From Acidimicrobiia bacterium (GTDB lineage Bacteria; Actinomycetota; Acidimicrobiia; Spongiisociales; Spongiisociaceae): a stretch of 25,201 bases of DNA. Positions 15,797-24,525 of this stretch are shown piece by piece (the first letter of the stretch is position 1; every line of letters begins with the position of its first letter). A program made the position numbers and the translations under genes. The stretch is from the NCBI GenBank assembly GCA_041576165.1, contig JBFGLM010000060.1:1-25201 (forward strand), written 5' to 3'. The notes beneath the pieces were generated by a model. That model was given only the letters and a program-made list of their open reading frames with translations, had not been told where the DNA came from and made no database searches.

Positions 15797-17010
15797 CGCC
15801 GACCCGCTCGTCCATGTCGTTCCTCGACCTAGTGACCGAATCGATTGCCGGCCTCTTCTCGCGGCCAGGACGGACGACGCTCACAGTCCTCGGCACGGTG
15901 ATCGGCCTCGCCTCCCTGGTAGCGACCATCGGCCTGTCGCAGACGGCCGGCAACCGCATCGTCGGCCGTTTCGATGAGCTAGCCGCAACGGAGGTCAGCA
16001 TCACGGCCAAACCCCCCGGGCTCGATGGGATAGCGAACGACATCCCCTGGGATGCTCCGGAACGGCTCAGTCGGCTCAACGGCGTCGTAGCCGCCGGCAA
16101 CGTCAGCACGATCGACGCAGGCGAAGTGCTGGTCAGCACGTCGCCTGTGCGCGATCCGGCGCAGCGGACCGATTTCAAACTTTCGATCCAGGCGGCATCT
16201 CCCGGTTTGTTTCAAGCTGTCCGGGCGGAGCTCACGTCCGGGATGCTGCCGGATAGGCTCCATTCCGATCGCGCCGAGCAGATCGCCGTTCTGGGATCAA
16301 CCGCGGCGGACCGGCTCGGAATCAGGAACCTCGAGCAGCTGCCTGCCATCCGGATCGGTGATGACCTCTTTCTGGTCGTCGGGATTATCGACGATGTGGC
16401 CCGACAATTTGATCTCCTGGGCGCGGTCATCATTCCCGAGGGAACCGCGCAACGCCTGTACCGTCTGACGAGTCCGGAAACTGTCGTGGTCGAGACCAGG
16501 ATCGGAGCCACCGGACTGATCGCACGCCAGGTCCCGGTTGCGCTCCGTCCCGACAAACCCGACGCGTTACGCGTCGCGTTCCCCGCCGAGCCACAACGGG
16601 TGCGGGACGCGGTCCAGCAGGACCTCAACCTGCTGTTTGTGGTCCTGGGCAGTGTGGCGCTACTGGTCGGGGCCATCGGAATTGCCAACGTCACACTGGT
16701 GTCGGTAATGGAGCGGACCGGCGAAATCGGATTGCGCCGCGCCCTGGGCGCCACCCGTCGCCATATCGCCGTTCAGTTCCTGGCCGAAAGCAGTGCTATG
16801 GGTTTCATCGGGGGTGTGATCGGCGCGGCGGCCGGCATCCTGATCGTGGTCGGAATATCGGCTCTGCAGTCGTGGACGCCAGTCCTCAACCCGGCGCTGC
16901 CCCTGGCGGCGCCCGCAATCGGCGGCGTGATCGGATTTGTCGCCGGGATCTACCCGTCGATGCGGGCGGCGGCGATGGAGCCGGTGGATGCGCTGCGATC
17001 GGCGTTGTAG
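15793..17010 (+). CDS. ABC transporter permease (MacB/FtsX type)
   Basis: RTTLTVLGTVIG, VGAIGIANVTLVSVMERTGEIGLRRALGA, QFLAES, GIYPSMRAAAMEPVDALR; ATGA overlap. Confidence 0.93.
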   Translation: MTPTRSSMSFLDLVTESIAGLFSRPGRTTLTVLGTVIGLASLVATIGLSQTAGNRIVGRFDELAATEVSITAKPPGLDGIANDIPWDAPERLSRLNGVVAAGNVSTIDAGEVLVSTSPVRDPAQRTDFKLSIQAASPGLFQAVRAELTSGMLPDRLHSDRAEQIAVLGSTAADRLGIRNLEQLPAIRIGDDLFLVVGIIDDVARQFDLLGAVIIPEGTAQRLYRLTSPETVVVETRIGATGLIARQVPVALRPDKPDALRVAFPAEPQRVRDAVQQDLNLLFVVLGSVALLVGAIGIANVTLVSVMERTGEIGLRRALGATRRHIAVQFLAESSAMGFIGGVIGAAAGILIVVGISALQSWTPVLNPALPLAAPAIGGVIGFVAGIYPSMRAAAMEPVDALRSAL

Positions 17011-17017
17011 CTCAGAG

Positions 17018-17204
17018 AGCGGCGAGCGTCGGCTGAGAACGGCGTGCTTTGGAGCCTGGGGGGCTGGGCCGAGTTGCACCTGCTGGGGACGCCGGCCCGA
17101 CAAGGCGCGTTGGTTCGGGGGAGCAACCCAAAGCAACGCCACCGGACGACGTTGCCGGCGGCCCCGTGGGTGGCGCTCACGGCTGTCCGCTGACGCTCGT
17201 TGCT
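17018..17204 (+). ncRNA. Candidate structured RNA or non-autonomous palindromic element
   Basis: 16-bp closing stem 17018-17033/17189-17204 (three G-U), nested stem 17041-17052/17128-17140 and several internal hairpins. No known family recognised. Confidence 0.35.
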
Positions 17205-17235
17205 ACGACACCATCGAGCAACTACGCGCTTCCAT

Positions 17236-18121
17236 TCAGTGCGTCCTGGGGCCGCTCGTGACCCGGGCGGTGTGCCAGCTCGCCACCGACTGGGCGAACA
17301 GGTCGGGGTCGTCCATCATCGGGAAGTGGTTGCCTGCGGCGACGACGACACCCCGGTGGTCGGGAAAGGTAGCCGCGAGCCGTGCCTGGAATCCGAACGG
17401 ATCGTTCTTCTCGCCGAACACGGTGAGAACGGGCAGGTGGTTGAGAGCTCCCCGGGCTGCGGCCTCTGCCGCGTCCGTGAAATCTGGATCGCGAAAGACA
17501 GAGCGGATTGTTCGGTGGAACCGCCGGCGACGGGCCCGATCCCGGTACGGGCCCAGGAAGGCGGCCCGTCCGGAACCATCCAGATGACGTCCGACGCCGA
17601 ACTTGGTCGCCGAGACTCGCATCATGAGATTGGTGACGCTGTTGAAACCGGTCATGAACCGTCCACCGATGATCCGGAAGATGGTCCGCAGGCCCAAATG
17701 AATCAGGTGTCCATGCGAAAGTGTTCGCCAGCACCAAGCCGCCTATTCGGTCGGCCCGGTGGTTTGCCATCACCAGCGATACCGGCCCGCCCATATCGTG
17801 GGCGACGATCGTGAAGTCCCGCAGTTCCAGCGCATCAACGAACTCGCCGAGCAGCGTGCTCATTTCTCGCGGTGTGAGCTCTCGGTCCGGGGCCGGACTC
17901 AGCCCGAAGCCGGGGAAGTCCAGCGTGATGCACCGGTAGGTGCTGCGCAGCCGCTCGATGACATCACGGAACACGAAGGACCAGATCCCTGCGTTCACGA
18001 ACAGCAAAGCCGGGCCGTTACCTTCGTCTACGTAGGTGACGCTTCCCCCGGGCAGGTCGAAGCTTCTCAGGGCGAATGGGTATTGCGACTGACTGAGCCA
18101 GTCGGGACGGAGGTCCTTCAT
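17236..18121 (-). pseudogene. Alpha/beta hydrolase (haloalkane dehalogenase-like) with a one-base frameshift near 17695
   Basis: N-half: YPF...YVDEG...LDFPGFGLS...AHDMGG...LANTFAW. C-half in another frame: FGEKNDP...GNHFPMMDDP. One extra base in TCATTTGGGCCTG (minus strand). Confidence 0.8.
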
Positions 18122-18229
18122 CGTGTATAGGCTCCTTGGGTCTGGGCACGGCACCGCCGTGCCGGGCGTGCCCGTCCTCGCGGGGTTTTGCGATCACCGA
18201 GGGCGGGCTTTCTGATGGTGGGCTGATCT

Positions 18230-18859
18230 CTAGTTGCTTGCACCTCCCGTGGATGACGTCGGGATCGGGGCGCTCAACGCGGGCGCCAGAAACGCCACAT
18301 GGCGCTCGATGGTGGCCTCGGCCTGCTGATCGGTCATGGCTGCGGGCGGCCAGGTGGCGAACAGGTGCACCACCAATGCGGCCACCTTGGCCATCCGCCA
18401 GGCGATCTCGGCGGGTGGCAGCTGCGGGAGGGAGGCCGCAATCGCCGAAAAGAAGCGCGTTCGAGTTTCGGCGAATTGCTCGGAGATCATCTCCTGAATC
18501 CACGGCGTCTGGTCGGCATATGTGCGGCCGATGAAATGAGCCACGGTCGGCCCCCGCTGCTGGAGTTCCTGGAGGGTTTCGACGTCGGGCCGGATGAAGG
18601 CAACCAGCAGGTCCTCGATCGGCGCCGGGTCGGAGCGGCGGAGAGCCTCGTCCAGCAGCTGGAATCGCCGTTCGTTCAGCGGGCGCACGATCCGGTCCGT
18701 GACGCCTCGCAGCAGTGCCTCTTTGCTGCCGAAGTGGTAATGGATCGCCGCGACGTTGACCCCGGCGTCCCGGGTGATCTCGCGTATGGAGGTCCCGGCG
18801 TAGCCCTTGGTGGCGAACAGGCCCTCGGCGGTTTCCAGAATTCTGGTTCGAGTATCCAC
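18230..18859 (-). CDS. TetR/AcrR family regulator (PsrA-like)
   Basis: TRTRILETAEGLFA..GY..TSIREIT..AGVNVAAIHYHFGSKEAL; PLNERRFQLLD. Confidence 0.92.
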   Translation of the reverse strand: MDTRTRILETAEGLFATKGYAGTSIREITRDAGVNVAAIHYHFGSKEALLRGVTDRIVRPLNERRFQLLDEALRRSDPAPIEDLLVAFIRPDVETLQELQQRGPTVAHFIGRTYADQTPWIQEMISEQFAETRTRFFSAIAASLPQLPPAEIAWRMAKVAALVVHLFATWPPAAMTDQQAEATIERHVAFLAPALSAPIPTSSTGGASN

Positions 18860-18862
18860 ACC

Positions 18863-18905
18863 AATTCAATCAAACGATTGATTGAATTCAAACATATGTT
18901 TGAAT
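18863..18905. promoter_or_regulatory. Double palindromic operator upstream of the TetR gene
   Basis: AATTCAATCAA-ACGA-TTGATTGAATT (18863-18888) and the perfect 20-bp ATTCAAACATATGTTTGAAT (18886-18905). TTGACA on the minus strand at 18910-18915. Confidence 0.8.
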
Positions 18906-18945
18906 CGGGTGTCAAGGGGTTCGATCGGTTGCGGATGCAGCTGGA

Positions 18946-19995
18946 TCAGAGGGTGGCGAGGCGCACGTTCGGGATCGCGACCCCATAGCTGCGCCGGAGG
19001 TCCAGCTTGCGCTCCAGGTCGTCGATCACTGCGTTCGTGAAGTCCACACCGGTCGTGGCTTTGGCGCTGCCCAATCCGCCCGGGCTGAACACGTTCACCT
19101 CCATCAGCTTGTCGCCGACGATGTCGAGACCCACCAGGAACATCCCGTCGCGGAGCAGTTTGGGTCGTACGAGCTCGACCAGACGCAACATTTCGTCTGT
19201 GATCTTGACCGGCTCAGCCTTGCCACCGGCGTGCATGTTCGAGCGCACGTCCTCGGTGTTGTTGACCCGCCGGAACGCGGCGTACTCGCCTTCTACATTC
19301 AGCGGCTGCCCGTTCATGACGAACAGACGCACATCGCCCTCCTCGGCGGCAGGCAGGTATTCCTGAGCCACTACATAGCCGTCCCGAGTGAGCGTCTCGA
19401 TCATTTGGTTGAGGTTGGGTGCTTCCTCGTCGTTGACCAGGAAGACGCCCTGGCCACCGGAACCCTGCAGCGGTTTGAGCACCGCCTTGCCCGCGCACCC
19501 GTCGACGAATTCCTTGATCTCGTCCGCCTGGCGTGTGATCAGTGTGCGGGGGCGCACCTCCTCGGGGAAGTGCTGAAAGTAGGTCTTGTTGATGGCGTCG
19601 GCCAGATGGACCGGATCGTTCACGACGAGCACACCTCTGCGGGCGGCCAGCTGGCCGAACAATATGCCGGAGGCCTGGGCCCAGGGACGGTCGTTTGCGT
19701 CGTCGGCCGGGTCGTTGCGGAGCATCAGGACATCGAGGTCATCGACACAAATCCGTTCGGTGACACCCTCTCCGTTCTGGACGTCGTCGAGGAAACTGGT
19801 TAGCGACCGGTAGTTCTTGCCCGACTTGGGGCCGCGAGCTCGTGCCGACACAGTGCCATCGGGGTCGTGCGCCAAGTCGCCTACTCCGATCAACCAGGTC
19901 TGATAGCCGCGGGTGGCGGCCGCCTTGGCGAGCCGAGTTGTGGTGTATTGCGGCTTTTCGGTGGCCACGTCGTTGACGACGAACCCGATGTTCAT
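18946..19995 (-). CDS. Glutathione synthetase-like (GshB-like) ATP-grasp ligase
   Basis: DVLMLRNDP, VLKPLQGSGGQGVF, AQEYLP, GDVRLF, RSNMHAGG, VGLDIVGDKLMEVNVFSPGG. Confidence 0.88.
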   Translation of the reverse strand: MNIGFVVNDVATEKPQYTTTRLAKAAATRGYQTWLIGVGDLAHDPDGTVSARARGPKSGKNYRSLTSFLDDVQNGEGVTERICVDDLDVLMLRNDPADDANDRPWAQASGILFGQLAARRGVLVVNDPVHLADAINKTYFQHFPEEVRPRTLITRQADEIKEFVDGCAGKAVLKPLQGSGGQGVFLVNDEEAPNLNQMIETLTRDGYVVAQEYLPAAEEGDVRLFVMNGQPLNVEGEYAAFRRVNNTEDVRSNMHAGGKAEPVKITDEMLRLVELVRPKLLRDGMFLVGLDIVGDKLMEVNVFSPGGLGSAKATTGVDFTNAVIDDLERKLDLRRSYGVAIPNVRLATL

Positions 19996-21143
19996 GCCGT
20001 GAGACCTCCAAGTTGCAGCGGGTTCATACCCGCTTTCAGCGCGTGCAAACGTTCATCGGCGCCGGCGATGTCCAAGAACCTGGGCCGCAGCGGAGGAGGA
20101 ATGAGCAGACCCCGGCACCGTAGCTCGTCGATGAGGGGCAAGTCCTCGAGCGACATCTTTCCTATGAACAGGGACTCCAATCCACCTCCACGGGCCAGAT
20201 AGTCGAGCAGGTGAACCAGCCCGCGGAGGTAGATCGCATCTTTGGTCAAGCCGCCCGCTCGCCGGGCCCGCATCGCAGTCGTGAACGCAGCCCCCGCGCT
20301 CAGCCCGGCGTCGCGGATTCGTTGATAGGTCGCTGCGAAGGTCGGGTCCTCGCTGAGGTGGGCGGCGGCGATGACTCTGGCCGCGAGGATACGGAGCCGG
20401 CCGGGACGGAGCCCTCCTGCCAGGTACTCAGCGATCAGCCCGAGCGCCTCCTGGGTTTCGTCGTAGTGCGCCAGCCCCGTCCCGAGTATTCGCAAGGGTT
20501 GGGCGTGCCCGTTCGCAAAGGTGAGCATGTGAACGCCCACCTCATGGTGCACGACGGCCTCAGCATGCTGTCTGGCCAGCACGGTATCGGCTCCGATCAG
20601 CAGGTTCCCGTTCTCGACCATCAACCCCGTAATGTCCTTACGTTGCTCCACCGCGCCCATGTGGGCGCAGTCCCGTTGATAGTGGGCTACCTCGGCCGCG
20701 CAGTGCCGGACCAGGTCATGGCTTCCCACCCGTTCGCCGTCCGCGGTCTGGGGCACGGAACGAGAGAGGATGCGATCGGCCAGGTCGACGAGCGACGGTT
20801 CGACGTGACCGAACAGCTCGATGCTCGCTTCTCGAAAAGTTTCCGTGCCGCGATGGGCAATCATCTCGATCCGCAGGCTCAGCTCGCGTTTGAGCGCCGT
20901 GAAGAAATGGCGCAGGATCGGTTCCTCGGCATGCGCCGGATCGATCTCCGAGAGTTGCCGCCGGTACCGGTCGAGGTCCGGCAGGTGCCGGTAAGCGAAC
21001 TTCGGCTCTGTATGGTCGCCCGCCAGGAACTCACGGCGACAGGCGGCTGCATTGGTTGGAGTGATCAGCAGCAGAAACGGCAGGGCAACGGCGAGGCCGG
21101 CAAGGCGCTGATCAATGTCCCGGTCGGTCGCCGAGAACGTCAC
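19992..21143 (-). CDS. DUF1704 / QEGLA-motif metallopeptidase (Tyr/Phe carboxypeptidase, MATCAP-like)
   Basis: HHEVGVH (HExxxH), NGHAQPL, TQEALG, GGLTKDAIYLRG, LFIGK. GTG at 21143 after GGAGG, overlapping the upstream stop. Confidence 0.85.
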   Translation of the reverse strand: MTFSATDRDIDQRLAGLAVALPFLLLITPTNAAACRREFLAGDHTEPKFAYRHLPDLDRYRRQLSEIDPAHAEEPILRHFFTALKRELSLRIEMIAHRGTETFREASIELFGHVEPSLVDLADRILSRSVPQTADGERVGSHDLVRHCAAEVAHYQRDCAHMGAVEQRKDITGLMVENGNLLIGADTVLARQHAEAVVHHEVGVHMLTFANGHAQPLRILGTGLAHYDETQEALGLIAEYLAGGLRPGRLRILAARVIAAAHLSEDPTFAATYQRIRDAGLSAGAAFTTAMRARRAGGLTKDAIYLRGLVHLLDYLARGGGLESLFIGKMSLEDLPLIDELRCRGLLIPPPLRPRFLDIAGADERLHALKAGMNPLQLGGLTA

Positions 21144-21916
21144 GCTGCCTCCAGCGCGGCGTGAACCTCCTCGGTAGTGGCTCCCAGCGCCGCCCGCAGT
21201 GAACGCAATGCGGTGGGGTCGACCAGGGCCGTCCATTCATCCATGAATACTTTCTTGAACTCGATTGCGAGGGAGCAGCCATACTCGCCGTATGTGTCGT
21301 GAGTCCACTTCGACAGGTATCCGCCCCGGAACCTCACGTTCTCACGGGTGTCGATCGGCTCACCGTACAGCCTTTGATCGGCCATCGTTTTGAGAAACGC
21401 GTCGGCCACAGGCCGCCAACGATCCGGCAGAGTCCCAGTGCCGAGGTTGACCGTCGGATTGGCGGCCGGATCGTCGATCGGGGCGGCTGGACCCCGCCGG
21501 CGATGGTTGTATGAGTGGACGTCGTAGAGGACGAAGCGGCCGTGAGCGGCTATGGCCTCCTCAATCAAGCGCGCGATGTCTCCATAGAATGCCTCGTACT
21601 TCGCCATCGACCGAGCGACCTGTTCGCCGTCCGGCATCGAGTACCACAGGTCGAGGTCCCATGCATCCTCGGATCGGCGGTAGACCGCTTCGTCCGGCGG
21701 CCGGTTGAGGTCGACCTCAAACCGCGAGACGTGCACCACCACGTGGGTGGGAATCACGTCGGCGAGGGTTCCGGTGTGCGGATCCTCCTCCCGCAGACGC
21801 TGATCCCAGCCCAACTTGCTGATCGCTTGCAGCTCGCGACGCATACCATGCCCGTTGTGGATGGCAGTTGCGATCAGCGGACCGTTGCCGCTCGGTTGTG
21901 TCCAGCGGTCGCTCAC
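21140..21916 (-). CDS. N-formylglutamate amidohydrolase family protein
   Basis: TAIHNGH, REEDPHT, SRFEVDLNR, YDVHSYN, LAIEFKK. Start probably GTG at 21916 (ORF open to 21958). Confidence 0.88.
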   Translation of the reverse strand: MSDRWTQPSGNGPLIATAIHNGHGMRRELQAISKLGWDQRLREEDPHTGTLADVIPTHVVVHVSRFEVDLNRPPDEAVYRRSEDAWDLDLWYSMPDGEQVARSMAKYEAFYGDIARLIEEAIAAHGRFVLYDVHSYNHRRRGPAAPIDDPAANPTVNLGTGTLPDRWRPVADAFLKTMADQRLYGEPIDTRENVRFRGGYLSKWTHDTYGEYGCSLAIEFKKVFMDEWTALVDPTALRSLRAALGATTEEVHAALEAA

Positions 21917-22019
21917 GGCCAAGGCAGTACCCAAACGGTGTCGTTCACAAACAAGCACCGGCCGCTACCGCTCGCCGGCTCGCAGCGACAGCGGGACGCC
22001 AGTTATTCTCCTGTCCCAC

Positions 22020-22805
22020 GTGGGACTGCGAGACCTCCTCAGACGGATAACCGATCGCAGCACGCCCCCCGACGCGGCGGCGTACCTTCAGCGGCATATC
22101 GATCACGCTCGCCGGATTTCCGACCCGGAGCTACGAGCCAAGCTCAACGAGCTCGGGGAGTTCTACGGGGGTATGGGCGCGATTGAGAAGGCAATATCCG
22201 ACGTGCGGGTTCATGGCCGTCGGTATCTAGCCATGGTTGAGCTACTCGATACGCTCGATGTCGGGGACGGGCCACTCGAGATCCTCGAGATCGGGTGCAA
22301 TACCGGATATCTCAGCTTGTTCATCAAGGAGCATCACCCTGATTACCGCGTCGTGGCGGTTGATCGTGCTCCCGTCCAGATCGAGGCCAACCGGCTGCTC
22401 GGGAGTACCTACGACCACGAGGTGGAGTTCGTGGTGCTCGAGGGAGCCTCCGCCACCGAGGAGCTGGGCGCAGAAGCGTTCGACGTCGTCTTTCTCTGCG
22501 AGATCCTCGAGCATCTGCACCACGACTCCGAACTGCAACACGAGGTCCTGCGCGAAGCGCTCGCATCAATCCGCGCCACCGGGGTGGTCGTGGTGACCGT
22601 CCCGTATGAGGATCGAATACCGTCGCCTGGCCATCTGACTGAGTTCACGCGCGACATGCTCCGAGCGTTGCTGGAGAGCGAAGCCAGCCATGTGATGGAC
22701 TTGGATGGCGCCCGAGCGCATTTCGGGCTCGAGAAGCACTTCATCTTCGTGGTCGGGCATCAGCCGATCGCAGACAACCGCTTCGCCACGCCGGCCTTCA
22801 GGTGA
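22020..22805 (+). CDS. Class I SAM-dependent methyltransferase
   Basis: ILEIGCNTG motif I, VVAVD, FDVVFLCEILEHL, VVVTVP. Start uncertain (GTG 22020 chosen). Confidence 0.85.
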   Translation: MGLRDLLRRITDRSTPPDAAAYLQRHIDHARRISDPELRAKLNELGEFYGGMGAIEKAISDVRVHGRRYLAMVELLDTLDVGDGPLEILEIGCNTGYLSLFIKEHHPDYRVVAVDRAPVQIEANRLLGSTYDHEVEFVVLEGASATEELGAEAFDVVFLCEILEHLHHDSELQHEVLREALASIRATGVVVVTVPYEDRIPSPGHLTEFTRDMLRALLESEASHVMDLDGARAHFGLEKHFIFVVGHQPIADNRFATPAFR

Positions 22806-22857
22806 GTGCCCGCGGGCCTCCAAAACAGCCATGACCGGACTCGGGTAACCTCTCCCG

Positions 22858-24525
22858 ATGCATCGCTTCCTGGACTTGAGTGATGACCTGTCCCTCGTGC
22901 TCGATGCAGCCGGCGTCGGCGCTTGGCGGTGGAACCCAGAAGACAACAAGGTCGAGTGGACCGCCGCCGCAGAGAGATTGCATGGACTCGAACCGGGTAC
23001 GTTTCCGGGCACCTTTGACGCCTACGCCAGCAACATCCACCCGGACGACGTCGACGAGGTTCTGGCGCTGGTTGATCGGATGGCGGCGCGCGGGGGCGAC
23101 TACTCAGTTCGCTACCGGGTGGCGCTCCAGGACGGTTCGGTGCGTTGGTTGGAGGGGCAGGGTCGGATTGTGCTCGGGCCCACCGGAATCCCAACCGCGG
23201 GGCTGGGCATCGTGTACGACGTCTCTGATCGCGTCGGGCTGGAAGCCGAGCGTAACCGCCTGCGGATGATGGAACAGCAGGCTCGCGACGTGTCGGAGCA
23301 GTGGCGGGGTGACGTCGAGTTCCTCATCGAGGCGAGCGATGTGCTCAATGCCAGCCTGAACCTCGAACGGGTGGCAGCCCGTCTCGCCGGACTGCTGGTT
23401 CCGAACGTGGCAGACGGCTGTGTCATCGACGTCCGGCTCGAAGCGCCGTCTCGGGCGGTCCTGACAGCCGCACGCCTACCCGAGATGGAACGCGCGCTGG
23501 TCTCGACCTCGACACCGCTCGATGGCACCGGCGCAACTCGCCGTTTGCGCCTGGGCCTGACGCCGGATCCGTTGACAGACCCGGCGGACCTCGCCCAGGC
23601 GATCGAAGGCGTTTCCGATGACATCCACCCCGCGGGCGAGGTCTCGTGGCTGGTTGAGCCCTTGCGGGCGCGGGGCACGCGCATCGGCACCGTTATTGCG
23701 TGGCGGACGGGCCGCGAATGGGAGGAGCCGGCCCGCGCTCTGCTCACAGCCGTGTGCCGGCGCGGGGCCGTGGCGCTGGACGCAGCCGAGCTGTACCGGG
23801 AGCGTTCGGCAGTGGCAGCCGAGTTCTATCGCAGCATGAACCCTGAGCAGATCCCCGATGTGCCGGGATGGGATCTCGGGGTTCACTACCGTCCGGCTAC
23901 CGAGCTCGTGCGGTTGAGCGGCGACTTCTTCGATGTCTTCGAATTACCGGACGGCAGCTGGATGATGGCCGTCGGTGATGTCTGCGGGAAGGGAATCGCT
24001 GCGGCCGGCCAGGCGGGTCTGGCCCGAGCTGCGTTGCGCGCGGCCGGACAAGTGTCGATGGAGCCGGCTGATGCACTTGCCGTCCTCAATCGGGTGCTGC
24101 TCCTGGACCCGGGGAGACCGATGCTTACTGCAGTTTTGGCGCGACTTTCCAGTGAGAAGGGGTTCCCGGTCGTGGAGGTGGCCAGCGCCGGCCACCCGGT
24201 CCCGGTTCTGGTCAAATCGGACGGCACGTGGGAAGAGATCGAAGTCAAGGGAACCATGATGGGCTACGTCGAGTTCCCGTCCTTTGTAACCAGCCGCCTT
24301 CGCCTGGATCGGGGCGATGCCGTGGTCATGTATACCGATGGCATCACCGAGTCGCGGAGTGGCGACGAATTCTTCCGACTGGAGCGGCTCGCGGCGTCAC
24401 TGACCGAGGTCGCCGGCCTATCTGCCGCAGCGATGGCCGATGCTGCCACCATGAGCGCCGACGTTTGGGCTGCAGGCAGCGAACAAGATGACGTTGCGTT
24501 GCTCGTGGCCATGGCCACCATATGA
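22858..24525 (+). CDS. PAS-GAF-SpoIIE (PP2C) family protein phosphatase
   Basis: PAS: GVGAWRW...IHPDD...DGSVRWLEGQG. GAF-like: ADGCVID. SpoIIE: SGDFFD, VGDVCGKG, SAGHP, YTDGITE, DDVALL. Confidence 0.93.
   Translation: MHRFLDLSDDLSLVLDAAGVGAWRWNPEDNKVEWTAAAERLHGLEPGTFPGTFDAYASNIHPDDVDEVLALVDRMAARGGDYSVRYRVALQDGSVRWLEGQGRIVLGPTGIPTAGLGIVYDVSDRVGLEAERNRLRMMEQQARDVSEQWRGDVEFLIEASDVLNASLNLERVAARLAGLLVPNVADGCVIDVRLEAPSRAVLTAARLPEMERALVSTSTPLDGTGATRRLRLGLTPDPLTDPADLAQAIEGVSDDIHPAGEVSWLVEPLRARGTRIGTVIAWRTGREWEEPARALLTAVCRRGAVALDAAELYRERSAVAAEFYRSMNPEQIPDVPGWDLGVHYRPATELVRLSGDFFDVFELPDGSWMMAVGDVCGKGIAAAGQAGLARAALRAAGQVSMEPADALAVLNRVLLLDPGRPMLTAVLARLSSEKGFPVVEVASAGHPVPVLVKSDGTWEEIEVKGTMMGYVEFPSFVTSRLRLDRGDAVVMYTDGITESRSGDEFFRLERLAASLTEVAGLSAAAMADAATMSADVWAAGSEQDDVALLVAMATI

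Noticed and set aside
17085-17130. Resemblance to group II intron domain V/VI or to 6C RNA
   Set aside because: No canonical domain V catalytic triad helix and no RT gene. The C-rich loops are on the strand disfavoured by the G-U pattern, so no family was assigned.
18145-18208. Two hairpins between the TetR and hydrolase genes
   Set aside because: Short GC-rich stems without a U-tract or recognisable riboswitch; not distinguishable from chance or a simple stabilising element.
18946-19995. Assigning the symbol gshB and calling glutathione biosynthesis
   Set aside because: Variant motifs, no gshA nearby and a peptidase-linked context leave the function unproven.
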